Translations under genes and position numbers: made by a program
Part shown: one piece after another, positions 13,301 to 28,300 of the stretch
How positions within the stretch are numbered: position 1 is the stretch's first letter
How the letters are laid out: every line of letters starts with the position of its first letter
The notes under the pieces: model-generated
What the model saw: the letters and a program-made list of their open reading frames with translations, nothing else
Databases searched by the model: none
What the model was told of the DNA's origin: nothing
NCBI GenBank assembly: GCA_043228905.1
Contig: JBHGNT010000146.1
Span: forward strand, 2,276 to 66,275
Direction: 5' to 3'
Origin: Azolla caroliniana
Lineage: Eukaryota; Plantae; Polypodiophyta
Length of the DNA: 64,000 nucleotides

Positions 13301-16300
13301 AATATGAGAAAGGAAATTAAAGTTGGTCTGAATGACAAAAGCTTACATGAATTCAGTACATATCCTGTACCTAGCTTTATGCCTAGGACGGTTAGCAATA
13401 TTGCTCATATACCATATTTTCTTAATATATCCGGATGATCATATAGGCTGTTATGGTATTACAAATGGCTGTTCTATTTCAAAACTTACTTTTAAAAAAA
13501 ATCTCAACATTTAAGTTTCAGTTTGATTATAGATGGTGGAAATTATAATTCAACATTGAACTAAACTTCAATTTTTGGTGCATGTGAAGAAAGGTGCAAA
13601 CCCTGCTTATGGAGCTCTGGCTTTTGACATATTTCCTTTATCATTTCTCACACTATTTCAGGTATCTGAGGAAATTTGTATGTGTATTCTGCTGTTCTAA
13701 ATGGCCTTAAAATTGAAACTATCTTTATTGTCTCAGGGCTAGGGAGAAGTTGTGTTATTGATCAATTTATAAAAGTAGCTGTCTCCTTTACAATGTTAAA
13801 TAATATCCAGTCAATTTATGTTTTGACACGGAGAATCTATATGGCTGGATGGCTGGCTTGGGCTGGATGGTGTCTCCATTACCCTGTGAAAATTAATCTC
13901 TGTCAGGTATGGTTGCTGGAACATATCCAGTATTGGAGTCACAAAGGGCAGGGTAAGGCATATGCTAATTGGCCCTTATTAAGTTATTGTATTCAAGGTG
14001 AACTTCTTTGATAGGTCTCAGTCCAAATTGTATTGAAGTAGTGCTAAAATCCCTCGGGAGAGTCTGATATACACACAGTATTCTCTACATTTAGAGAATA
14101 GGTATCCCAGGACCTGCTATACACACAGTATCCTCTGCATTGAGAGAATTGGTAGCCCAGGACTTGCAAACTGAATACCTCTATCCAGTCATCTCACAAG
14201 ATAATCAGAGATGTCATCCCCATAGAGTCCAAAGAATGTCGGATGGAGCATGCATTCCTGACTTACTTCAATAAGTCAGATTTTATCCCTGCTCAATTCC
14301 TACTCTGCCAACTATTTTCTGACAAAGTGTGATGATCCGCTTCTGGAGTTCCCGACGAACTCCCCAATCCTATAATCTACTAATCAATTCTTTTATCATG
14401 AACTGTGTCAAAAACCTTGCACAGAACAACAGTAAATATGTCTTGTTATGGGCTCTACCCTCCTCATTGATAGCTCTTAATGCAAATATATGATCCAAAG
14501 TAGAGAATCTTCTGAATCATGCCTATCCATCGGCTTGATGACTCCCATGCTATGGCCATCTGCTTAAGTCATGCTCATGTATGGATGCATACGACTTGGT
14601 CAATGTGTGACCAATCATGATAGTGGCACATTCAACAGAAGTTACTTTATATTGGGAAAGAGCATGCTGTTGTGCACATAGGCCATGCCATCTGGACCGT
14701 AGCTCTGTCACCCTTATTTTCGACAAGTGAAGGCACCACTCTAAGTGATTGCTTTGGAGAACTGTCCATCTTGGATTGCCCATGTTGGAGATATTTCAAA
14801 GGCAGAAGTTCACGTAAGTCACAAGTTGGGACTTTACTGTCTTATCTAATGGGAATATCTGGTATTTTAGGCAGTTTTGCTACTTTACCTATGTTTATTT
14901 TGGTTTATTGTTCTCCAAGATGAGACAACGTTTTCAGATGTAATCTGGTGTTGAGTCTCGTAGGTCATTTTGGCCTCTTAAAAGACATTATATATTTTTC
15001 TTTCTTTTCTTCCAATATTTTGTCTAAATTTCAAAATTACAACTCTATTTCTTCTGCTACAACTTAAAAAGAAGAAGAGGTTTGATTTGAATGCTGATTT
15101 TTATAGGTTAGAGCTATTGTACACTCCTTAAATGATTACAATGTTAATGGAGACACCATGATATCTATGTATCTATTAAGTAACAGATTTGCACTTAGAT
15201 AATAATGTGTATTGTTTTAAATGATAAATTTGATAAAACTGTTTTAAATCACCACAGGTTGTTTCCCTTGAAAGTTGGAGCTTTGTAATGTACGTGATGG
15301 GCGATGTTGAATTTCCCGTCTCTGGTGATTATAGACACATCATTTTTTGAAAGAAATGTTTGCAGGGTGTAATATTTTCTGGAAATTAATAAAGTTTTTG
15401 GCAGTGTGTAATATTTTCTGGAAATTAATAGAAATTTTGGTTGCATATGCCTTCAATAATAACAACTTATGTTTTTACTCACTGAAGAAAGACCTCCGCT
15501 GTTTTGCCATCCTTGTTTGTGTCTGCATGTATCCTTGACCTAGTATACAAGTCTAGGCCTAGCATGATAAGAAGTATATATGAATGGCCATCAAAGCTGG
15601 GGGCTTCCTGCACTGAGGTTGTTTACATGGATTGCTCATGCTGTCTGTAGAGGCTTTGTAGGTGAGATAGGGAGAGCTTATGGTCACCATCAGCAGACCA
15701 CCTTCCTCTAAAGCTAGTTTCTTTAAATGCTGTTGCGGGAAATACGCTTGTACATGTGCTACTCAAGTGGGATCACCGGGAACCTGAATCAGGGAAGATG
15801 GGTAGATGAAGAGTTTCAAGAAAATAATGGTTGTAACTTAGCTCAATTTGGCGAATAATGTGTGTCTAAACTACTTATAGATTATAATATTAAAGTGGTT
15901 ATATTTTCCCACATTACAATAAGCTTGGAGAAAGAAAGAAAGAAATATTAACGTCTTTTAAGAGGCCAAAATGGCCTATAAGACCAAACAAGAGATTGCA
16001 GCTTAATTGTTGTCTCGTCTTTGAGAACAACAAATCAAAATAAGATAAGTATTACTCAGTAATAAGATAAAAACAGATGAGGGAATCTGATTTTTGACAC
16101 ATGTGAGATTATAGTATTAAAGTGGTTATATTTTCCCACATTACAATAAGCTTGGAGAAAGAAAGATATATTAACGTCTTTTAAGAGGCCAAAATGGCCT
16201 ATAAGACCAAATAAGAGATTGCATCTTGTACACATGTATTTCTGCAATGAAACGTCCATAGGAGCAGAAATGCAATTTCATTGTACTGGAATTTGTTTCT

Positions 16301-19300
16301 GATGCTTCAGATGCAGAGTTTTGGGACAGCAGTTTTATTGAGCAGATCCATATCTATAATATAATAATTTGCTGCATTGAGAGGTTGAGATATATAACTA
16401 ATGCCTTGCGGTTAAGTTAAGGTGTATTGGGTCAATTCATAGTGGGTAGGCCTTACACTTTGCTGGTAGAGGGGTTTATGATGTGCTGAATCACATAAGC
16501 AGATAATTTTGGAAATTTCACTTCTCATCTTTTTGTACTAAGATTGTGCACATCTTAAAAAAGACTACCAATCTTGCATTTGAACTTATATACAAGACCA
16601 TTTACCACCCATTTGAGAAAAGTCATTTGTCCTCATCAAAACAATGGAAGGTGCTTTTGAAAATAAAGATTTGCAGTCCCTTCTTTTTTGCAGTTGCATA
16701 CTTCATCACATTGGTTGTTATTGTATCGTACTTGCTTGTCAACATAGTTGTTGCTGCAGTTAGTGGAGTATTTCTTCGCGTTCGGCATGAACATCAGGTC
16801 AAATTTTGTGAAATATTTGAACTATTAAGTAAATTTATAGCAAGATGATAGCTACCAGTCTTTCCAGAGGGAACTTTAATGGTTAGTTATATAAAGATGT
16901 ATGCCTGCATTTTCTAACATCAAGAACCAAAAAACCTAATATTGTAGGCTTTATTGAAGAAAAGTCGAAGTGAAAAGAAGTTTAACTTCTATAATGCTAC
17001 GGTGATGGCAAGCATTCTTAAGGATGTGATACTAGAAGACAAAACCAAGATGTCATGCATTGAGATATTCCAAATGAAGTCTGAAAAAGTGAAAGCCCAG
17101 TTAAACAAAGCAATGTGCAAGACAAGTGTATCGATGAAAAGGTTAATGTCGAAAGGCAGACCATCAGCTTTCAGTAACAGCATGCGTGTAGATTCATTGG
17201 GAGACTTCGATGATATTGATTGGGATCCAGAGGGGCGTACAATGCTTTCTAGGTATGTGGTTTTATACATTATGAGATTAAACATGAGTATGAATGTCCT
17301 TACCGAATGTCCTTATATTCTTAGAAGTAAAACCATGTCCAATTTTCAGCTTCTGTGTATTTATAATATAAATAACTGAATATCCAGGAAGTTTTCACGC
17401 TCATTTTCACGAAGTATGTCACGTGGAGTATCTATGGGAGCCAGATCTGCACGAAAGAGTATTTCTGGGAGGTGCCGTGCCATTGTTAAAAGCAAAATTT
17501 TCAGATATTCAGAACTCTTTGCAGTCACTGCCAATCTTCTTGTTCTGTGCCTTCGTCATGAGGGAATTGCTAAACAGTTTCTTTATTCACTTTGTATCCT
17601 TTTTTGCGTTGAATTTATTTTAGAAAGAAAGAAAGAAAGAGATATTAACGTCTTTTAAGAGGCCAAAATGGCCTATAAGACCAAACAAGAGATTACATCT
17701 TAAGTGTTGTCTCATCTTTGAGAACAACAAATCAAAAAAGTTCATGAAGTGCTATTATGGTTAATCTGTCAAGTGCTAGGACAATATATGCTTTAAATGA
17801 TCAAAACAAACCTATGACCATTGCAACAGCTTTCTTTTATATGTCATCTTTAACAGAATTACAGATGCAATGGAGGCACTATTTATCATTGCTTTTACTG
17901 TGGAAATGGTTCTGAGATTTCTTGCGGTGGGATTAACGGATTTCTTAGACGACCGTAAGAAATTGAATCATCCTCCTGTTTGTTTAATGCACACTCAATT
18001 TCACTGGACATATTTTCTCAGAAAAGTTGTCCTATCTTCACAACATTGACATTAATATATCTAGAAAGAAAAGAAATGAATGAAGAAAAGAAAAATTACA
18101 TTTCTCAGTGGGCCAAAATGGCCCATTAGAAAGAAATAGAGATTATATCTGAAAATCTCGTTTATCTTGGACAAGAAAAAATCAATATAAATATAACTAA
18201 ACACAGGTTACCAAAGAATCTAGATATCTAAGAAATTAAGATTTTGAATTTAGATAAACTGAAACTTTTGTCAGCAAAAAATCTCCAACATGGGCGGCCC
18301 CAAGATGGAGAGGGATAAGAGAGAAGCACCTTAGGCATTGGATGATACTCTCCTTTATTTTTCAGTGATGAGGATGACAAGGTCGTGAACCGGATGGTTG
18401 TAGTCTAAGAGCACGGCACATTGCTGTTGCCTGATCTTTTTTAACCCTTTTTGAGTGTCTTGGTCGAGAACCCACTTGTGTAATCTTCATGAACTTAGAA
18501 TGAGGAGAGATGGAGTTAATGAAAGTCACTTTTCTTCTTCTATTGATGAGCTGTTGTGGTTTTATTGTTATTCTTCAACAACTTCTCTCTACATCTCTTG
18601 AAATCTAGCAAGAAGGGTCTCAAGAAACATTTGTCTTCATATTTCATGACCTTGCATGGCAGGCCAAAAGCTTGTTTGAAGAGCCTGTGGTATCTCCCTG
18701 GTGTTCCTCTGTTTCCACTCCCTAATGGCACAGTTTATATAAGGCCTGATAATTTTGTGTCTAAGAATTCTATTCCTGGTTATATTGTCATGCATTAATG
18801 GTGTTAAACACCGTCAATTTAGATTATTAAGGTTGACGGACAAAAATGTAACAAAATAACTTTAAAGCATTTAGATATATTTGTAGTTTCGTGGAGAGGC
18901 AGAGGGTAACACAATGTCATTGGCATTGGTGTGGCTACCCCTACTAAAGCATGCTCTTGAACCACCCAATCTCTCTTTGTATCTAGATGTCTCATCCATA
19001 GCTGTGGAATACTTAGCATACAGTACATATGCTACTACCTTTTCTTAAATACTTACAATACTTATTCTACAGATAAAATATGTAGAATACGTTAAATACT
19101 TCTTGTGTTCGTATTTCATCTAACAATTGTTTTTGGCCAAATTTTGTTACTTTTTTCAATTTTTGAAAACTTGTTTCTCTAAAAATACTTTTTAAACTTT
19201 TGTAAACGTAAAATACTTGTTAAATACATAGAATACTTCAAATATGCTAAATATACGAAACATTTTGAAATGACAGTTCTAAAATGTTGAATATGTGTTA

Positions 19301-22300
19301 AATACTTCATATTATAAATACATGTTTTTTTAACAATTATGATTTGAGGAAGAAAGGGGTTGATCTCATCAACATATGTTGGGATGGATCAATTCTTAGG
19401 TTCTCATTGAATCTTGTCTCGGATGCCTTTTGTATACCCACAAAATAGCATCTTCATCTCTCACTAATATAGTCCTAGAGATCTGTCTATTCTCATGAGT
19501 AAGCCCTCTAGGGGGAAGGTTTGCAACCTAATGTTGATGCTCTGTTGCAGAAATGAATATGTTTGACACATTTGTGATTGCGATGTCTGCGGGTGCTGTT
19601 ATGACACGTGCATATCCAAATATTTCTGGAGCAAGGATAATGCGTTGGTTTTACATTAACAAGAAAGAGACAAAAAAGCACACTTCTGTTGTTGTAAGTG
19701 GTTTTATATATTAAGACGTTCGTATCACATACATCTGTGTTTTCTATATATTACTATGCTTGTCTACTCCTATTCATATTATTGGAATACAATATTTCAT
19801 CTCTTATCTCTGCTTGCTATGAACATTCAAATGTTGTAGTTTATGAAAGTAAGGGAATGTTTCTACTGTATGTGAAGAATGTTTCCAACATTTAAATATA
19901 TCAATCACCGATAGTATACATTTTTATGATGTTTCTCAAGGATGTGATCCCAGATGTTTGTAAAATATCATGACAGTTCCATACCTTAACCATACAATGA
20001 ACCAAGGGGGTTTTATATACAAGTTCTCAAGGGACTGCCACATTAAATGTGGTTGATGGAATCTACTCATAGATATCCACTCGAGTATGATTCTGTCATA
20101 AGAATATCTAATATTCTTTGGCCACATTTACACTTGACAACTAACTAGACATCACAATCTAGTTAACTAGATAGTTCACATGGATTACAATAAAGTGTGT
20201 GCACACACTTTTTCGCACATTGTGCTTTTCTCCATAAGCACATGTTCACACAAGTTGAGCTTGATTCTCAACATGCCCCCTCATGGTTGGTTATGTGTCC
20301 ACTTAAGCTTGGTTTTCTTGGTGTAGTTGAAGACTCAGTCGCAGTTGCTCGAACTGCTGGACTGTGGTTTTCACATTGCTCCCATGTACTTGATCTTGAT
20401 CTGGCAAGGTTGATCTTGCTGATCCAAAATTTCGGGCTTGTCAAGGGTACTGATTCACGGTCGGATTTATCTCTAACTTCAAAATTCAGGGCTTTGAAAA
20501 GTTTTCCTCCAACTTGCCGGTTGAAGTCAGATTAGATGTGCCGGGCTTACTTTGTCAATGCCGGTCTCATTCTTCCTCTTTTGTCATGCTGATTCTCCTT
20601 GTGCTCCTTCGTCTCAATCTCATTTTTCGTTTTTGTACTTGTACTTCCCCCCAAGCTCAGCATATTTTGTGGTCTTAAGGCCTAATCCAGTCAGATATGG
20701 AAATTATCATGTTTATGCACAAGCACAAAATATTGTTTGCATAATGATTGCATACCTTTAGGAAATAACATGAATCATATATTCTACCTATTTCTGTTAC
20801 CTGCATTTGGTCAGTGGACATTGTACTGCATGGAAATTCCAATGCCAAATGAGAATGTCATTTCTTTGTGCAGGCTGATTGCATTGCAGGATTGGGTTCT
20901 ATGTCAGCGGTTTCATTCTTCTATGTTTTCATTATTTTTGTGTTTTCTGTGATTGGCATGGAGCTGTATTCAGGGAGATATTATGATTTCCCAGATGAGT
21001 ACCCCAGAGATAATTTTGATAGCATATTTAGTGCAATGTTTCTATGGTTTACCTGCACAACAGCAGACATGTGGGTAAACCAGATGTGGAATGCGATGCG
21101 AACAAACGGTGTAAATAAGTAAGTATACCTAATATCTTAGAAATTATTTGACACAGAAAGCATGAATTTATCTATATGAAACTATCTGTCCTAGCATGCC
21201 TTTCTCCATACAACTGACAATGCACCCGTGTGTATCACTTGTTCCTAGAAAGTAAAAGAGCATTGAAAATGTTTAGTTAGAGGAAACCTACCACATAACT
21301 GACTTTATCTTAGGTGTGGCATGAATCTGCAAAGATACTATATGATATCCTTGGGAAGCTCCCCACTTTTTTTACACCACAATTACAATTTGGGATTGGT
21401 AGGTGAGCACTATATCCATGCCTGTGACACCTTGTTCCCATTTCTAGCACACATGTTTAATAAAGCTATGTGTGAAGGTTTCACTACAAGCTGGACAGAA
21501 CTAACTTCTGGTTATTTAATACACTCGTCACACAAACTGTTCTCTATGGAGTAAAAACCTGGGGGCCGAGTCTTAACAAGGATAATAATTGGAAGGATTT
21601 TGATTGTCAAATTAGATAAGGGAAGAAAATGCATCAACATCTCTTGGTGGATTTATCATCAGGAACTCTTATATGGACATACATCTATTCCGCTGCTCAG
21701 TGTGACAGGGCAATTGTGAACTTCTTCACGTTGGTTCATTGTTGTTGAATACTTAGCATACAATACGTGTAGAATACGTATGCTAAATATTCTACAAGTC
21801 ATTGACTTCTAAAGTCCGTTATCTCCCACCATTGCAGGTGTTTCCTCACTTCATAAATCTCTCCATTTTGGATCAGCCTATGCTAGAGAACTTCCTAAGA
21901 CAAAAATTTTAAGCGATCTGACTTGATAATGTTACATGTAGCTATAACGAGATTCTCAAGTCATGTTTTATTTTTATTTACTTTTTTTACATATATTTTT
22001 TCTTTGATCTCAAAGACGAGACAACATTTTGAGATGTAATCTCTTGTTTGGTCCCATAGACCATTTTGGCCTCTTAAAAACATGTTAATGTATCATTCAT
22101 TCTTTCTTTCTTTCTTTCTAGGAAGCATGTGCCTCACTTTCTTGTATCGATGTTTGAATAATTTTCATTTAGGGTTTCATTTTTATATGTTTTGTTTCAT
22201 TGAGGAGTTAACATAAACAGTTGTAACCTTTGGTAGGTCTTCACAAGACATTTTGGCCATTTAGTTACAGTAATATATCATTCTTCTTTCCTTCTGGAGG

Positions 22301-25300
22301 GTAGTCTCTTCTCAAAAGTTTTAGTGCACGGAGTTTTCATGGTGACAATTCAAGGCTTCCACTCACCAGCTACCAATCGTTTTTCTTACAAATTGACAAA
22401 AGTTTGTCTAGGCTCTTTCTTGATTGTTTTTACAGTTTTATATAGGATTTCAGATGAACCCTGATCTTTTACAAAAAACGGAACCCTCTCCATCCCAAAT
22501 TCCATTTTCTCCATAAAAAAAATCAAAGATGAGTTCGTAGAAAAATTGCAGAGTTTTGTTAATTCTAATCTCGATTTTGTCTTTGTGATTGACAGATGGT
22601 TTGCACCCTTCTTGTTTGTAATATATTTCATCATCACTGTGTTTCTGGTTCTTAACCTTGTTATCGCAGTTATTTTGGAGAAATCTGAGCTCTCTGATGC
22701 TCAAAAGAAGAAGATTCAGAAGGTAATCATGTGACTATATTACATGCATGGTGTATTTAATCTTACAATGTGTTGGATCATTTATACATCTGGTGGCCTT
22801 GCAGGCAGAATATCTTAAGCACCTTAAATCACGGCAAAATCGTCTTCTATCATCTAAGGGGAGTGGAACATGGTTAGTAGGTGCAGTGGAAGGTGCAACT
22901 GCAAGGGTTAAGAGCATATCAGATAGGCTATACACCAAGAAAGTCAAAGCCATCTCCATCCCTATTTCCAAGACAGAGGCAGGATCAAAATATACGAATA
23001 AGTCAGGCCAGCATTCTGCAATAAACAAAACATCACCTGCAATAGTTCCTGGGCAGGCAAACACAGAACATTCAAATATATCTTTCCCCCCTGATTCTAT
23101 AGGATCTTCTTCAACGAGCACTTCTTATGCAGGGCAAGATACACCATCTACCAGCAGTGCTGTTCCCCAAAACCTCACGCGAAGGTCTTCTCAAATGCTT
23201 CAGAGTATTGGTTTTTCTTTTGGTTCATCTACCCCAGAAGCACCAGGTACAGCACTTCGCAAGTCTGTCTTAGCATTGGTAAATGATGGATCATCCGATG
23301 GTCCTACAGAAGGTCTTGGTGAAGATCAAGAGTTATCTGTGTTGAAACAGCAGCAATCCAAAAAAGTAGTTACAAGATCAGAATCACGAGCATCTTTCCA
23401 GTTAGAAGAATTTGAAGAGCTAGGCAGAAGCTTCAGCCTGAGAGAAAAAACACCATGGTACTTATCAGATACTTCATTATTCTTGTTCTCGCCAGAGAAC
23501 TCTATAAGAGTCATATGCCAGAAAATTGTAGAATCAAGGCTGTTCACTCTCTTTATCACATGCTCAATTATAATTAGCGTGGTAGTCGTCATTACCATGT
23601 CACAGACTGCTCCCCTTGCTCCTCTCTTCGCTCATCTAAATCAATTTGTCTTTGCGGTAAGAAGTCTTACTCATTAACTTATGTTTGATATATAAAAGAT
23701 TGGTATATTTAAATCCAAGATTTTGACTTTGAAATTTGAAGCTTTCCAATGTGAAATTTATTCCATCTATGCATGAAATGTCATCTATTAATCTATCGTC
23801 TTGTTGCATCTAGATGTCCAAATGTGCCATGATGTGATCTTTCATCTTAACGTTGGTAAATTGGTCCTGATCATCCTTACTATGATTAGGTAATATCCTA
23901 CCTCATAGCCTACATATTTGTCCTCATAGCTCAAAGAATTCCCTGATCTGTGAGCCAAGTTTGTCTTGAGGCAATCTGCATTTTTTTATTAAAGGCCATC
24001 AATGTCGAATGTTTCTCCTGACATGTGCCAACAAAACATGTCTACAAGGAATAAAGGAATGAATCACAATAGTCAAGTTTCTTGAGGCAATATTTACAAC
24101 CTCCCTATATTTAGTACTTGCTAAGATATTGCAGATGATGTCAAAAAAGGAACATACTATAGTTTTGTCTGCTGTAAAAGATAATTATATTATGTCCAAA
24201 TAGGATCATATGGAGTAAGTAAAACAAAATATTAGACTTGCACTCATAGCTCCAGAATTTGTGGCAAACCATTAGTTATTCCAAATCCAGGTGCACTTCC
24301 TAAGGCTAGAAAGTGTTTGGCATATTCTGTAACTTCACTCATATCTTTGAGCTTGTCTTTTAGACCAGCTTCTTCTTCCCTACTTCTTCAGATACAGTCT
24401 CACTTGTGTCAAACACAGTTGTTTGATCATCCTTAGCTCGTGTATTGAAGTCTCCTAATAGTACTATATCCCCCATACTAGAAAATCTTTTGATATCATC
24501 ATATAATGGTAGAGTTGTTGATTCTCCAAGGGGTTGAAACCTCGAGTAGGCAGGTGGAAAGTAGAAAATCACAATATATAGCTCTCTATGATCCCCTCTT
24601 TTGATTGTTATCCAAATATAATGCACATCTACATCCTTATGCACAAGATGGACTCAAAATACTGGCTCTCTTCTTTGTTATAATGACCTTACCATCTCTA
24701 TATAGAGCCCATCTTCCTTCATTTCTTGTGTCAATCACTCTTGGGATGTTTTCTTTGTGATGTGCTACTTGAGTTGGAGTGAGGTCATATTGTCACCCTT
24801 TAGTATGCTTCTCTTGTCTGAGATGCTGAGCAGGGTTGCTAATTCATCATCTAACACAAATGTAATTGATCTTTGTGAATTTTTTGAACAGTGAGTGTGT
24901 GGTTACGCTTCAGATGTTTGCTATGCCCATATTGAATCCCAATTTCCCCTATCCCTTTTGCAGTCGCTTTGGATGGCAACAATGGATCAAGTCACATGGC
25001 ATAAGTGTAAATGCACTACCCCCATTCCAAAGTGAAACAGAATAGAGTGATCCCAACTAATACTCTTAACTTGGAAAACATGGATCAGCCCCAGAAAATC
25101 ACTTAGTAGAAATATGTCCCACTATAAGACACACTTTTTACACACATCGGAGGATGGGTGCGCAATGTGATAGGGCAGCTTAAAACTTCATCACATAGGT
25201 TAAACATTGAGGTAGGGAGATATGCAGAAATACCTCTAGGGTGGAATCTGAAGAACACTATACATTTTCCTCTTTAAGCAAGGCTTAGGCCCACTATGCA

Positions 25301-28300
25301 AGTTAATGGAAAATGAGGACCAACGGTGCTTGGGTCTTTTCTTGCTAGAACTCAAGATACACAGGGAGTCAAGCTCATCAACAAAGAGCAATCACAACTT
25401 TCTTTAGCCCCATCAGTACAAAGGGCTACACAAATGGAATCCTGACCAGGACATAGCAAAGGGGTTACAATAGATAAGGCAATAGCAATTTTTTGTGCAT
25501 GCAGGCCTTGGCCTCATGGACGATGATCTCACCACCCTTGTCATTAAGAGATAAAGGCTATTATCTCCCTCCATCTAGGTGCTTCCCTCGCTTCAGAGAC
25601 CTCTCTATCTGGATCGACCTATGCCAGAGATATTTTAAAGACAGCAGTTACAATATATCTGCCTTGAGAATCTTACACTTACCAATAACAAGATTCTGTC
25701 GTCACTTTTTTACTTTTTTTTCTTGCTTAGCAACATTTATTTTGGTTTGTTGTTCTCCAAACAAGAGAACACTAAAGATACAATCTCTTGCTTGGTCTTA
25801 TATGCCATTTCAGCCTCTTATAAGATATCAATATATATTTCTTTCTTACTTGAATAGGAAGCTTTTATTTTTTTCCATGTCCGTGAAACAGATGATCAAG
25901 TCTTTAGCCTAGAAATCATCTCTTCCGTTTTTCCTCTCTTAATAAGAATCATGGTTGCTACTGGGTGGTATTTTACATGCCATTTTTTCCTCTAATATTA
26001 AGAATTGTGGTTCTGAATGAGTAATAATGGGAATTCTTGTTTTAATCTTATCATGTTAATGAAGATCTCTGTAAAGCACTGCATTTATTATAGTGCATAC
26101 ATTCTAAAGAGAAATACGTAGAGTGTTATATTTTGTTCTGCTATAGTACCTTTGGGGTAAAAAGGTTGAAGTATTCATCATGCAGATTGTTTATTTAAAC
26201 CAGTATTTTGCATCCATACATGCAACACACATTAACAAAAATAGATTGAATAATTTTTATGGTAAATACTATATATATATATATATATAGATAGATAGAT
26301 AGATATATCAGATATTTTTTTCGCAATTTTACGTCAAGATCGATGATACAAAACTTGGAATCTTTTACAGGTTTTCACATTGGAATTGTTTATGAAAGTT
26401 ATTGCGTTTGGTTTTCTCTTTACCCCAGATCCTTATCTTGGGGACTTATACAATTTTCTAGACCTTTTTCTACTCCTTTTGGATGCACTGTTTTTGGTAC
26501 CAAGTTGGAACCCTATGCAGCTCACGGTTGTTCGTATTCTTAGTTCACTCAGACCATTACGTTTATTATGTCGTATACAAGGGATGAAAGTATTGACAAC
26601 AAATTTGCTGCGCACTTTACCTGCAGTGACGTCAGTGTTGGCATTTACATTAGCAGTTTTCTCAGTTTTTGCTGCTATTGGCATTGAGATTTTTCATGGA
26701 CGTTTCTCATCATGCAGTTCAGATGTTGATCATAAAGCTTATTGTGTTGGACCAGGCATGAACAATGGTCTAATATTAACTCCACGTGTTTGGGATAATC
26801 TCCCTTTTCATTTTGACAACTTCCCTCATGCTCTTTTATCTCTTTTCGTCGTATCAACATTTGACAATATACAAGTATGTGTTTGTTGTAATAATAATTC
26901 AAATGTATTAAGTAACTGGCATAGCTATAAAAGATCATAGATTAGGTAAATATAATAAGACCACTAATTGAATCATGTACCTAATGGTGATTACAAAAGA
27001 GTGTTTACATCCCTTTACGTCATAAGGCTCTGTAGGAGATTTCATTCTTTCTATTGTCTTCATTTATTTTGTGAAAACTGGACTATGTTAAACCTAAACC
27101 CATTTTCCATGTTATGGCTGTACAATTGAAGTGTTATTCTAGTCCTAAGATTATATTCGTAGATGACACAGGGTTTTTAGTGGATATCCAACATTCCATC
27201 AATGACCAATGATGTAAGTAATTTATAGAGCTGAATAGATAATTTAAAATTAAAGTAAAATATTTTCTTGGAAAATATTTTTGACCAGTATCATTTCAGC
27301 TTACAGTACTTAATGAGATATTTTTAGAAGATGAAGAGGAAAACATTCCCGATTTTCCAAATTACAACAGAAACCTCATGTCTCATGCAATGTATCTCTC
27401 AAGTCCAGCCATCGTGGTTGGTGATCAATAACATTTTGTAATCATTGAGAGTAATGCAAGAGAATAGTTAAATGTGAAATCAAAACTTGGAGGATATACA
27501 ACTTGAAAACATGGACAAGATTCAAAATAAAAAAACAAAGCCTTCGAATTCGTATAGAAAAAATGTGGAGGGTACTACCTATTCAAATTCATATCAAGAA
27601 AGAGAAAAGAATGTTTTGTGAATCATGGAAACGATTTCATCTCACATGTCCTCATGAGAGTCCTTTGTTTCACTGCCTCCCTGTCCATACATAGGAGAAA
27701 TTAGGTAAGGAGAGGTATTAATGTTTTGAAAGAAAAAGAAAAGAATGTGTTGTGAACCATGGAAAAGATTTCATCGCACATGTCCTCATGAGAGTCCTTT
27801 GTTTCGCTGCCTCCCTGTCCATACATAGGAGAAATAAGGAAATGAGATGTATTAATGTTTAGAGAAGACTAAAATGTCCTACAATACCCGTTAGGTATTA
27901 CAAGTAAAAATATTATTCCTTATATGGTTATAAAAACGACAAAGAAGACATTAAATAATATGATGTGTTTATTTGATTATATGGCTGATATAGCTCACTA
28001 TACAAGCTCAAAATTGATCTTATGTGTGTAGCTTGGCTTCATTTATCCAGCCATGGATATCCGAGGATCCAAAGGAACTCAACCTGCCAGGGACAGCAGT
28101 CCCTTGCACAGTTTCTACTTCATTGCTTTTGTATGTGTTGGTGGTTTCTTCATCCTCCGCATGTTTGTAGGTGTCTTCATTGACCAGTTTGGATTGATAT
28201 CAGGCTCAAAACTTCTTACTGAGAGGCAAAAGCTTCTGAGAGATACAAACAGGATTATTCAGAGCATGAAACCTCTTCACAAACTGAAAGATCCACCATC

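Noticed and set aside
15108-15203. Alternative repeat I pore exon after TTTTATAG
   Set aside because: It translates to non-channel sequence and reaches a stop. 15258-15324 supplies the correct SLESW motif and phase.
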